Assembly (NCBI GenBank): GCA_964563535.1
Contig: CAZLXP010000001.1
Span: 423-64,422, forward strand
Source: an uncultured bacterium
Lineage (GTDB): Bacteria > RBG-13-66-14 > B26-G2 > WVWN01
Length of the DNA: 64,000 nucleotides
Direction of reading: 5' to 3'
Shown: piece by piece, positions 38,050 through 46,486 of the stretch
Position numbering within the stretch: position 1 is the stretch's first letter
Layout of the letters: each line of letters starts with the position of its first letter
The notes under the pieces: generated by a model
What the model was told of the DNA's origin: nothing
Seen by the model: only the letters and a program-made list of their open reading frames with translations
Database searches by the model: none
Position numbers and translations under genes: made by a program

Positions 38050-39009
38050 ATGAGAAACGTTCTTTTGATGGCGCTGGCGACGGCGCTCGTTGCCGCGCCC
38101 GCCTTCGCCGACTGGGTCTACGAGGGCAAGTGGGGCTCGAGCGGCTCGGGTAACGGCCAGTTTAATCAGCCGGCCGGCGTCGACGTCGCCCCCTCGAGCG
38201 ACAACATCTACGTAGCCGACCAGTATAACCACCGCATCCAATACTTCACCGCGAGTGGGTCCTACCTGGGCCAGTGGGGCTCGAGCGGCTCGGGTAACGG
38301 CCAGTTCAATCGCCCGTACGACGTAACCGTCGCCCCTGGCGGCGACGTCTACGTCGCTGACTTCTACAACCACCGCATCCAATACTTCACCTCGACCGGC
38401 TCCTACCTCGGCAAGTGGGGCTCGAACGGCTCGGGTAACGGCCTGTTCAATTACCCGATGGGCGTCACCGTCGCCCCCGCGAGCGGTAACGTCTACGTTA
38501 ATGATAGCGGCAACGGCCGCGTACAATATTTCACCGCCATCGGCTCCTACCTCGGCCAGTGGGGTAGTTCCTTATTAACGGAATGTGGCATCGCCGTCGT
38601 CCCCGCTAACGGTAACGTCTATATCGCGGATTTCAGGAACGACCGCATCCGGTACTTTACCTATAGCGGCTCCGTCCTCGGCTCGTGGGGCTCTACCGGC
38701 TCCGGGAACGGCCAGTTCGGCGGCCCGGATGACGTCGACGTCGCCCCCGGGAGCGGCGACGCATACGTCAGCGATTGGGGTAACGCCCGCATCCAATACT
38801 TCACCTCGACCGGCTCCTACCTCGGCAAGTGGGGCTCGTTCGGCTCGGGCAACGGCCAGTTCAACCGCCCATGCGGAGTATGTTTCAACGTCGGCGGCTC
38901 GCGCTTCTACGTCACCGATTTCTACAACCACCGCATCCAATATTTCAAGTGGGAAAATACGGCCATTACCCCTGCCTCTCTCGGCCGCGTGAAAGCGATT
39001 TTTAAGTAA
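38050..39009 (+). CDS. Secreted NHL-repeat beta-propeller protein (copy E; closest paralogue of copy A).
   Basis: MRNVLLMALATALVAAPAFADWVYEGKWGS...; six blades; C-terminus ...WENTAITPASLGRVKAIFK. Confidence 0.8.
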   Translation: MRNVLLMALATALVAAPAFADWVYEGKWGSSGSGNGQFNQPAGVDVAPSSDNIYVADQYNHRIQYFTASGSYLGQWGSSGSGNGQFNRPYDVTVAPGGDVYVADFYNHRIQYFTSTGSYLGKWGSNGSGNGLFNYPMGVTVAPASGNVYVNDSGNGRVQYFTAIGSYLGQWGSSLLTECGIAVVPANGNVYIADFRNDRIRYFTYSGSVLGSWGSTGSGNGQFGGPDDVDVAPGSGDAYVSDWGNARIQYFTSTGSYLGKWGSFGSGNGQFNRPCGVCFNVGGSRFYVTDFYNHRIQYFKWENTAITPASLGRVKAIFK

Positions 39010-39025
39010 CGGCATCATACAAACA

Positions 39026-39058
39026 AAACGCCGCCCCTCCGGGCGGCCTTTTTTATTT
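39026..39058 (+). terminator. Rho-independent terminator after NHL copy E.
   Basis: aaaaCGCCGCCCctccGGGCGGCCttttttattt. It is followed by about 50 bp conserved with 20447-20495. Confidence 0.7.
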
Positions 39059-39282
39059 CAACTCGGCTCGTCAGTAATACGCCGCCATCTTCAGCTGGTC
39101 CGCGACGCGCCCGCGGCACCCAAAATAAGCTAACGTATAGGGGCGGGCATTCATGTCCGGAGCACCCTAACGCGCCGTCGCGGAGCTCATGTTTATTGGT
39201 GGTGTGGTTAAGGGCAAGCGGTAACGGTCCCCGGGGGAGCCCAAAACGAAGGCCGTAGCCGCGCGGCCCATCCTACTTCCAA

Positions 39283-39705
39283 CTATAACGTCCTCCGGAC
39301 CCTTTCAGCTATTAGCTTAGGTTCTCCCCTAACCGCCGCTGTGTTTACAAACGGCTGTGGGTGCTCACCTTCCTCGATTAAAAACCCACGCATCCACGCT
39401 TGCCTGCGCTGCATTAAATGAATAGTATCCAATAGATTAGGGTTGGGTTGTGTAGTACCTTTATCGCCCAAAGTACGAAAGAGGGGTATTGGCATACGTT
39501 CTTCGGGTGGGTCTTTAAGGAAGAAGAAACCTAACGGCGTAAACGTAGCCTTCGCCAGCATATTGAGTCGCCGCACCGTCGGTTGGCTCTCGCCCGTAAT
39601 CCACTGGCGGATTCGTGGGAATTTACCCCGTAGGGCGTCTACCGTGAGTCCGGAGCGGTCTAACGCCCAGCGCAAAACACCTTCGTTGATAACCGCCTTA
39701 CCCAT
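39283..39705 (-). pseudogene. Truncated gene retaining the N-terminal XRE-type HTH region of an HTH + ImmA/IrrE-like (COG2856) metallopeptidase protein. The peptidase domain is missing.
   Basis: MGKAVINEGVLRWALDRSGLTVDALRGKFPRIRQWITGESQPTVRRLNMLAKATFTPLGFFFLKDPPEERMPIPLFRT matches the typical N-terminus of this family (NpelLrWAReRaGls...LA.kfPkl..We.G...PTlkQLe.fAkat..PlGylFL.ePP.E..PIPDFRT). The ORF stops after 140 aa. Confidence 0.55.
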
Positions 39706-40029
39706 TCACCAACTTCCTTCATCACGTCTTTTATCCGCCAACGTTGCAGGATAAGTAACGCTGGCACCATAATCTTTTTTACCACAATAATCGGGCGAGC
39801 GCAACCAATTCCGGCCTGGGCGTCGAGTCTTTTGCGCTTCGATATCGTAGCCGTCTTCGATACCCAATTATGTACTCCTTAAAAAGGTAGCTATTCCCTA
39901 ACCCACTCACATATGGAGGAAATTAAGCATAATATGCTAAATCCTATAATTATTATATCAAGCGATAATTTACCGCATCCCTCAACCGCAGCCTTTTCAC
40001 TACGAGTTAAAAACCCAAACGGCGAAACC

Positions 40030-40443
40030 ATAATTGACTTGCCCCCATTCTTAGTACCACAGTTAAAGTTATTCTCTTAGCTTATTTATCCCATCATTAG
40101 CACTAATTCAAGGAACCGGCATTGTCCCGACCTCCTGATTATATTACCCTGGTTCGGGTCCAGCTACTAACATAGTAACACACTAACCGGACCAGTTTTT
40201 GGGGGTCAGGTCAGAGTTCCTGAACCGCGAGCTGCTGGATACGTTCTTGGAGGCAAAAGTCTTGACGGATCGTTGGCGGCGGGAGTATAATGAGGTGCGT
40301 CCCCACAGCGCGTCGAACTACCGGCCGCCGGCGCCGGAGGCGTTCGAACCGCTGCTTGCCGGTTCCTTGAATTAGCGCTGATCCGGGGACTAATAGGCTA
40401 CGCGAGTAACTTTAACTGTGGTACTAAGAATGGGGGCAAGTCA
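40030..40443 (+). mobile_element. Internally deleted IS3-family insertion-sequence remnant: IRL (TGACTTGCCCCCATTCTTAGTACCACAG), about 160 bp of leader, the last ~58 codons of OrfB (40203-40377), and IRR (CTGTGGTACTAAGAATGGGGGCAAGTCA). Further end-copies lie at 40520-40548 and, inverted with leader, at 41425-41556.
   Basis: The 40203-40377 frame translates to ...FLNRELLDTFLEAKVLTDRWRREYNEVRPHSASNYRPPAPEAFEP, the conserved C-terminus of IS3 transposase OrfB (rve/DDE). The terminal 28-bp inverted repeats begin TGA and end TCA. Confidence 0.6.
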
Positions 40444-41925
40444 TAAACGCTTCTGCTTGTCTGGCAGACGGTCAAAACCCCGAATACCCTCGCGCCCACG
40501 TGTTCGTAACATCAACAACGGTACTAAGAACGGGGGCAAGTCAAAGGGGAAAGCGTGGTCATCGCTTCCCGAGGAGTTACCAAGCTCGCCGGTTCGGTTG
40601 CGGCCTCGGCCTCTTCGGGAATTGACCTCGCGGAACTACCACTCGCGGACAGGGACGGCTCGTAGCGTCGATTCTGAGTTCTAATTTATAATAAATAACA
40701 ATGTTTAGGGACCTGAGACGGCCCGCCCTACCCCCCCTACCTACCCTTTTTCATCGGTTACTAAAATTCTCTTATTTTTAAAGTACCGACCGGGGGTTTA
40801 TGGTTCCATTACATCGAAAACCCGAACAAATTTTTCTTAATATTATTTTTGATTTACGCCCGGGAGTAAATCTCGCGCAACTGCCACAGTTTATCAGCCA
40901 CGTACTCCTAGCTTAACAAGCGCTTCCGATTACAATAACCCCGCCTACAGCAGAGGCCACCTTCCGCCAGCGGCCGAGCGGCTATACGCACCGCGCCGAT
41001 TAGCGCCGCGAGATCCTCAACGGTCCCCACCAAACGTTTCGGCATATCCAACTCGTTGATAAGCGAATCGAATACGCGCCTAAGTAAAGGATTCGTCGCG
41101 GGGAGAGCGCGGCCGGCCGGGTAGCGATTGAACTCGCCTCCCCCTGGCTCGCTCGCGTGTAAGACCCACGCAGTAAAGAGACCGTAGGCGATGGTCTACG
41201 CGTACATATCCGCGAACTCGTCCGCTCCGCCTTGAAACCGTGGATTAATTCTTTCCGGAAAACGTTATGGAGGCTTCTTAGGAACTCGTTACCTTCGTCG
41301 AACGCCCGGCGCGTGTCGGCTTCGAGGACCTTCGTAAAGCGGGCCATTCAAGAGCGAGCCCCTTCGCGGTGTTGTGAGATTCGGGCCTGGCCGCGAGAAA
41401 CGCGCCGATAAGATTTTCGAACGCCTCCCGCCTCTGACCTGACCCCCAAAAACTAGTCCAAGTAGTATGTTACTACCGCAGACGGTCGGAGGTTCGAATA
41501 CTCTCGGGCATACGCGGGAATAATTATACCTGTGGTCCAAAAATGGGGGCAAGTCAGAAGCCGATGTCCTTCGCGCCGCGGATCCCGTGCACACGTTTCA
41601 GGACCTTACGGACGCGCTCCTTCGCAATCTCCTCGGCCTCCTTCTTCGACGTCGTCCGCAAAGACGAGTCACGCTTGCTCCGCTTGCCTTCACCTACCCT
41701 CCCGAAAAACCTAATAACAGCAAGGGCTTTCCTAGTGGGGTGGGACACCTTATTTTAGGCGGAAAGGGGAGTGCGGGGCAGGGAGAACGATATAATATGG
41801 AAGAAATTAGGAGATGGATTGGGAATGCTGGGGTTATGGTTAAGCGGCGGCGTTATAGCGTAATGTTGAAAGAAAGGAGGAAAGCGCCGAGGGGCGACAC
41901 GAAATAAACACGAGGAACGAATCGG

Positions 41926-43467
41926 TCACGTCAATTGCTCAAGGAAATCGCGGGCTACAATAGCGGCGTTTTGAGCTGCAATTTCTTGAAACCGGTCGTT
42001 TTTTTGCTCGTCGCCGAAATCGCTGATACCACGGATAACCAAGAACCGAGCATTACAACGGGAGCACACGGTAGCGACCCCCGCAGCTTCTATCTCTATG
42101 ACTTCGATCTTACCGTGAAGGGAATGTCTGATAGTCCGGAACTTACCAGGGTCCCGGAGGAGCTTTTCGCCGCTCGCGAATGTCGCGAGTCGTGGAACGA
42201 ATTCTTGATCAACCAATGCCTCGTCGACGTTAGGGGGAATAACGATACCCGCGGCTTTCCGAGCAATCACTAGGCGTCCTTTTACGGCCGCCGGGTTAGC
42301 CAAGTACGAGATTACGTCTTGTTTTGTCGCGTGCGGGGTCCGAAATGATTCTGGGCGAGGTACTTCGCGTGGACCGTCCGGCCCCGTCACTAACGCAGCA
42401 CCTTCGTAAGCTATAACACGTTCCGAAAACACAACTTCTCCCAAAAGGCACTTGCCACGCATCCCAGCTGCAATCCCAACCATGACTACGATCTTCGGTT
42501 TAAACTTGGTTAATAACATAGCCGTTTCCGCTGCCGCATCCACATTACCCGCGTTGCCGAAACAAGCGATTGCTACCCTCAGACTTTTTTTCGCCGCATT
42601 AACGGTAAATAAGGCTTTAAACCAGTAGTTGGTGCCAGATTCGGTTTTTTCTGGTTTCTGGTCAATCGCATCGAATACCAATAGAACCGCGCCAAGTTCG
42701 ACAGGTAATGCAGTCAATACTAACGCGTCGACCGGAGCGTTTCGCGAAGCCGCATCGAACTCGTCACCAAGCGCATCGACGGCGCCCTGGACGACGTCCG
42801 CGATACTCATTACGGGAGCCTCTAAAGAGAGACTAAGAATACGGTCGATAATACTTTGCGCTGAGTAAGGGAAGAAACGTTGGGGTTGTTCGAGCATAGC
42901 TTTGTGGAGTCCGACCGCCCCGTCGCCGTCGTTGTTATAAGAACCGATCTGGATATCCATCGGAAGAATGACTGCTCCGCCACGCCGTTGCAACTTCCAA
43001 GCCCTATCGGCGACGCCTTTCCCACCACCAATCGCGACCATCGCATCGGCACGCCGGGTCTGTTCGTCCCCTATATTCCCGCCTGTGTGCACGTTATCCG
43101 GGATTATAACTAACTCTGCCATACCATGCGCACATAAGCGACCGAGAAGCGCCCGATGCTCGTCGCTCATTTTGTGTAGGCGCGCTTTATTCGACGTCAC
43201 GACCACAACGCGGCCGGTGACCGGCTTAGACGAGTCGGAAGCAAACGCTTCGGCTACCCGTAAGATGTTCCAGTCGAATATAAGGGGTACGCCTTCCCGG
43301 TTCACGGGTTCGTTACCGCCGTAAACTACGATTCCGGCGCCTTGTTCAAGCAATGTTCTGGTTATCTTGCTGACGAAGTCGTGCGCTACAGCAAGTTTAC
43401 CCGGCTCAACCGAAAAAGACGCACTTCCGGTTAGTAAAACCGACTTGTCTTTTAGCCTACCTACCAT
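41926..43467 (-). CDS. Two-domain effector: N-terminal SLOG (Smf/DprA-LOG-like) predicted nucleotide-sensor domain fused to a C-terminal PNP/UDP-family nucleosidase (MTA/SAH-nucleosidase-like).
   Basis: N-terminal Rossmann-like Gly-rich motifs VLLTGSASFS, GIVVYGGNEP, AMVAIGGGKGVADRAW. C-terminal PNP_UDP_1 motifs DALVLTALPVELGAV, IVVMVGIAAGM, EIEAAGVATVCSRCNARFLVIRGISDFGDE. Confidence 0.6.
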   Translation of the reverse strand: MVGRLKDKSVLLTGSASFSVEPGKLAVAHDFVSKITRTLLEQGAGIVVYGGNEPVNREGVPLIFDWNILRVAEAFASDSSKPVTGRVVVVTSNKARLHKMSDEHRALLGRLCAHGMAELVIIPDNVHTGGNIGDEQTRRADAMVAIGGGKGVADRAWKLQRRGGAVILPMDIQIGSYNNDGDGAVGLHKAMLEQPQRFFPYSAQSIIDRILSLSLEAPVMSIADVVQGAVDALGDEFDAASRNAPVDALVLTALPVELGAVLLVFDAIDQKPEKTESGTNYWFKALFTVNAAKKSLRVAIACFGNAGNVDAAAETAMLLTKFKPKIVVMVGIAAGMRGKCLLGEVVFSERVIAYEGAALVTGPDGPREVPRPESFRTPHATKQDVISYLANPAAVKGRLVIARKAAGIVIPPNVDEALVDQEFVPRLATFASGEKLLRDPGKFRTIRHSLHGKIEVIEIEAAGVATVCSRCNARFLVIRGISDFGDEQKNDRFQEIAAQNAAIVARDFLEQLT

Positions 43468-43482
43468 CGAGAACGCCTTCCT

Positions 43483-44415
43483 TTATTCGCCAAAAATCAA
43501 CTTTAAGTCGTCGATTGACGATCGGTCTTCTGCAGCTTGAAGCCGCCTCGCTAAACGGTCCAATGAACCCGAGACTCGCACGCGTGTAGCACTACCCGTA
43601 ACCCCGAGATAATCATCTACATGTAAGGACTGCCCTGTCGTGTCAAGTATAGGGGTTCGTACGCGTCCTGCCGCATGCTGTACTAAATGTTGCAACATAT
43701 TCTCGTAAGTGACCCGTCCCTTGTAATCTCGAAAAGCGTCTATTGCCAAAGACTCGATATGATAACCGGTTAAGCGGCTGGTCGCGGGTAGCTGCTCTTG
43801 CGCGGCCTTGAAAAGTTTGATAACCGGGACGACCTTTCTACCTAACGATTGGTTGACACTCGTTAATTTCGTCGCGAACTCTTGGGGCCTAACAACGTTG
43901 CTCCACCCCGAGCCGTCGGGCTTAGCGATTCGGACGCCGGTTGGCGTACGCAACGCCGGGAGTATTTGGACTTCGGTTCTGTCGGCGTATACCACGGTGA
44001 TTGCCAAAGCGCCAACCCGAACCCTAACGCCGAGGCCCGCGAGACGGTCTGCTATCCGCTTTTCGAAGTAAGCTAGAACCTGTTGTGGGCTCGCATTAAC
44101 AAGCGATGAATCGTTAACGACTGTTAAGATATCGATGTCGCTTAAGCCGTCGACGTAGGTGTGCTTTCTCACCGAACCACCAAATAAAAGGGTCGTTTCC
44201 CCTTCAATGTCTTTTTCGATTGCCTGTTTAAGAGTGTCAACGTGCCTTTGAATCGCGGCGACATCTCGCCGATTAAGGTCGCCGAGTACATCTTGGAGAT
44301 AAGCATTCGCGTCGGCATCGTAACTCGAAGCCGCCGCAGCATCGTCGACAGACTTGTCGACGCGAGGCCCTCCCACAGCGTAATTAAACCATCCCCTACC
44401 CCCGCGGCCAGTCAT
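43483..44415 (-). CDS. SMODS/CD-NTase-like minimal nucleotidyltransferase (predicted cyclic oligonucleotide/second-messenger synthase).
   Basis: hG[GS]...DxD motif: TLLFGGSVRKHTYVDGLSDIDILTVV. Likely start is MTGRGGRG at 44415 after an AGGAGGGG RBS; the ORF track frame extends to 44538. The gene is 15 bp upstream of, and co-oriented with, the SLOG-PNP gene. Confidence 0.6.
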   Translation of the reverse strand: MTGRGGRGWFNYAVGGPRVDKSVDDAAAASSYDADANAYLQDVLGDLNRRDVAAIQRHVDTLKQAIEKDIEGETTLLFGGSVRKHTYVDGLSDIDILTVVNDSSLVNASPQQVLAYFEKRIADRLAGLGVRVRVGALAITVVYADRTEVQILPALRTPTGVRIAKPDGSGWSNVVRPQEFATKLTSVNQSLGRKVVPVIKLFKAAQEQLPATSRLTGYHIESLAIDAFRDYKGRVTYENMLQHLVQHAAGRVRTPILDTTGQSLHVDDYLGVTGSATRVRVSGSLDRLARRLQAAEDRSSIDDLKLIFGE

Positions 44416-44713
44416 CTTTACCCCTCCTAGGAGACGCGGCACGGGCCGCCGCAGACTCGGCAACGCGTATCGCGTTGTACGCGAACGGAAAAGCCCCGCA
44501 AAACGCTTCCCGGTCACCGTCTGTTGCGTATCGCCCAAGTGCGGTTTGTAGCCGTCTTAAATAGCGCAAGTTACTACGCCAAACCTTGAGGCATACGTTC
44601 GCATCGTCGATAGTAACGCAACCGGCCACAACCGCGAACTCGTTCGGCGACCCTATACCGATAGGATCGAAACTCATACGGAGCCAAGAGAGGCCGTCGA
44701 AAATATCCGCACC

Positions 44714-45469
44714 TCATAGGAAGTAGGAAGTAACGGCCGCCGGGGTGATTGCACCGAACACGTGGATAGGAAGAAAGAAACCCGCATCATTTAACGCTCG
44801 ACGGATGTTACAGATGGATTTACACCGCTCCACTGCTGAACGTCCAAGCTCGCGTTCTGTTACTCCCAAAACATCGAAGTTACCCAACCGTATGTCGGTA
44901 CCACGGAAAGGTTCAAGGAATTCCCCTGACCCTGTCGGTTTAAGTAAAAAATCAAAAGCAGCGTCGGGGATACAAGAGAAATCTTCGAGTGCGGCGTCTA
45001 CCTGTTTTTCCAACGCATCGTACGTGTCGAAGCTAACTACTATAGTATTCGTTTTCGAAGCTCGGGTATTCGCCTCGCGAAGGTAAGAGCGGTAGTGGTT
45101 TCTTGTCCATGGGGCGGCGGCCGGTAGGGGATAGTAGAAATCGACGGACACGGTAGCCGGTGCCGTCTCGTAGACGCCGCTATCGAGGAGGACGAGATCA
45201 GCTAATTCGTTAAAAGGAACGTCAATGTTCCCGTACTTAAGGTCGAATGCACTTAGTAAGCAAGCGGTGCTAATATCCAGCCTTAGCGCGTCCATAACCA
45301 AACGAATATTAGGGAAACCCCTACTAGAGAATGACGGTACCAGAACCGGCGTAGCCACGCCAAAACGCGCGATACATCGCACTTGAGCGAGATCGTCAAT
45401 CGACACGGCACTCTTTCCTGTCCTGGCAAGAAAAGCACTTCCCACAGGGCGTCTCGTTCCTCCGCTCAC
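44714..45469 (-). CDS. tRNA-guanine-transglycosylase-superfamily protein, short DpdA-like form (candidate 7-deazaguanine DNA transglycosylase).
   Basis: VATPVLVPSFSSRGFPN resembles the TGT motif TPaFmPVgT.g. VLLDSGVYE resembles TGT vDSGGFQ. About 250 aa is compatible with a minimal TIM barrel. The true start is probably downstream of 45396, since the 5' end overlaps the queC-like gene. Confidence 0.4.
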   Translation of the reverse strand: MSGGTRRPVGSAFLARTGKSAVSIDDLAQVRCIARFGVATPVLVPSFSSRGFPNIRLVMDALRLDISTACLLSAFDLKYGNIDVPFNELADLVLLDSGVYETAPATVSVDFYYPLPAAAPWTRNHYRSYLREANTRASKTNTIVVSFDTYDALEKQVDAALEDFSCIPDAAFDFLLKPTGSGEFLEPFRGTDIRLGNFDVLGVTERELGRSAVERCKSICNIRRALNDAGFFLPIHVFGAITPAAVTSYFL

Positions 45470-45998
45470 AACTATAAGTCAACGACAGTGGTACACGATG
45501 CCGACGGGCGTATTTGACGATAGTCCCCTTCGTCATCGAAAGGAAGGGCGCGGAGAAGGTGACGGTGCCTCCTGCGTACCCGTCTAGTAGACGTTGGACA
45601 TCCTCTACGAACGCTGGTGTAGTGTCGTAATAAGGCGACGAAACATGAAGCCCGGTTGCAATGACAAGGGGCCTTTCACGCGAAAGAGCGGCCGCTATAA
45701 GCACTAACAACGCGTTACGGCTAAAATACTCGCCGTCCGCTTGTGGCAGGCGGACTCCTAGCCGAACGCGGCGCAGAGCACAGCTGTAATGGTCGGCGAT
45801 TGCCTGGGCAGCTTCCCACTCACTCCTCCGAGCGGCCTGACCATAGTCTACGAATAAACCATCAACGGAGTCGCCACGTTGGCGGACAAAGGTCGAGAGC
45901 GTTGTGGCAGAGTCAATACCGCCACTAAGCAATACTACGACCTTCGCGACATACTTCGGTGGTTTTCGTCCAAAACGGCGCGGTGGAGTTATTAGCAT
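45396..45998 (-). CDS. queC: QueC-like 7-cyano-7-deazaguanine (preQ0) synthase, PP-loop ATPase.
   Basis: PP-loop SGGxDS in VVLLSGGIDSATTLS. C-terminal Cys cluster (SCERRNETPCGKCFSCQDR) resembles the QueC zinc site. Confidence 0.65.
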   Translation of the reverse strand: MLITPPRRFGRKPPKYVAKVVVLLSGGIDSATTLSTFVRQRGDSVDGLFVDYGQAARRSEWEAAQAIADHYSCALRRVRLGVRLPQADGEYFSRNALLVLIAAALSRERPLVIATGLHVSSPYYDTTPAFVEDVQRLLDGYAGGTVTFSAPFLSMTKGTIVKYARRHRVPLSLTYSCERRNETPCGKCFSCQDRKECRVD

Positions 45999-46486
45999 AT
46001 CCTTTTCTCGCTTTCGATAACGCCTAACGCGCGGCAGTAGGCCACGCCCACGTTACCTATTACTCCTTCCAAGGCCGCCAGGCCTTTCTCGCGCGCGGTG
46101 ACCTCTTGCCGCGCGCGGCGCCGCTACCTCGCGTCCATAACGACGCAATATTCACTGCAAACGTCGACGCACAGGCCGCAGCCGTAGCACTTTTCGGCGA
46201 GCACCTGGCGTTTCCCGCCCGCCATGACGCGCGCCGATTTTAGGAAACCCTCGACGCTGTTAAAACCCATATTTTTCTTTCAGCGCGGCGGCGAACCAAG
46301 ACATCGCCGCGTCGCTACTGAACCGCCTTGTTACCTCTTACCAAGTATACCGCTGAAGGAGACCTTTGTGCTTAGCCTTAAGCCCTTCTTTGACCGCGGC
46401 ATACGCGTCCCATTCGTCACCGTCTTTTTGGGACGCCGGGTTACGCTTTTATTCCTTACCGGTTAAGACCGCCGTCCGCCATTCGT

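Noticed and set aside
41460-41500. Possible tRNA fragment (GGTTCGAATAC, resembling a T-loop) near 41470.
   Set aside because: Flanking bases do not form a T-stem or acceptor stem. No cloverleaf can be drawn. It lies inside the inverted IS leader copy.
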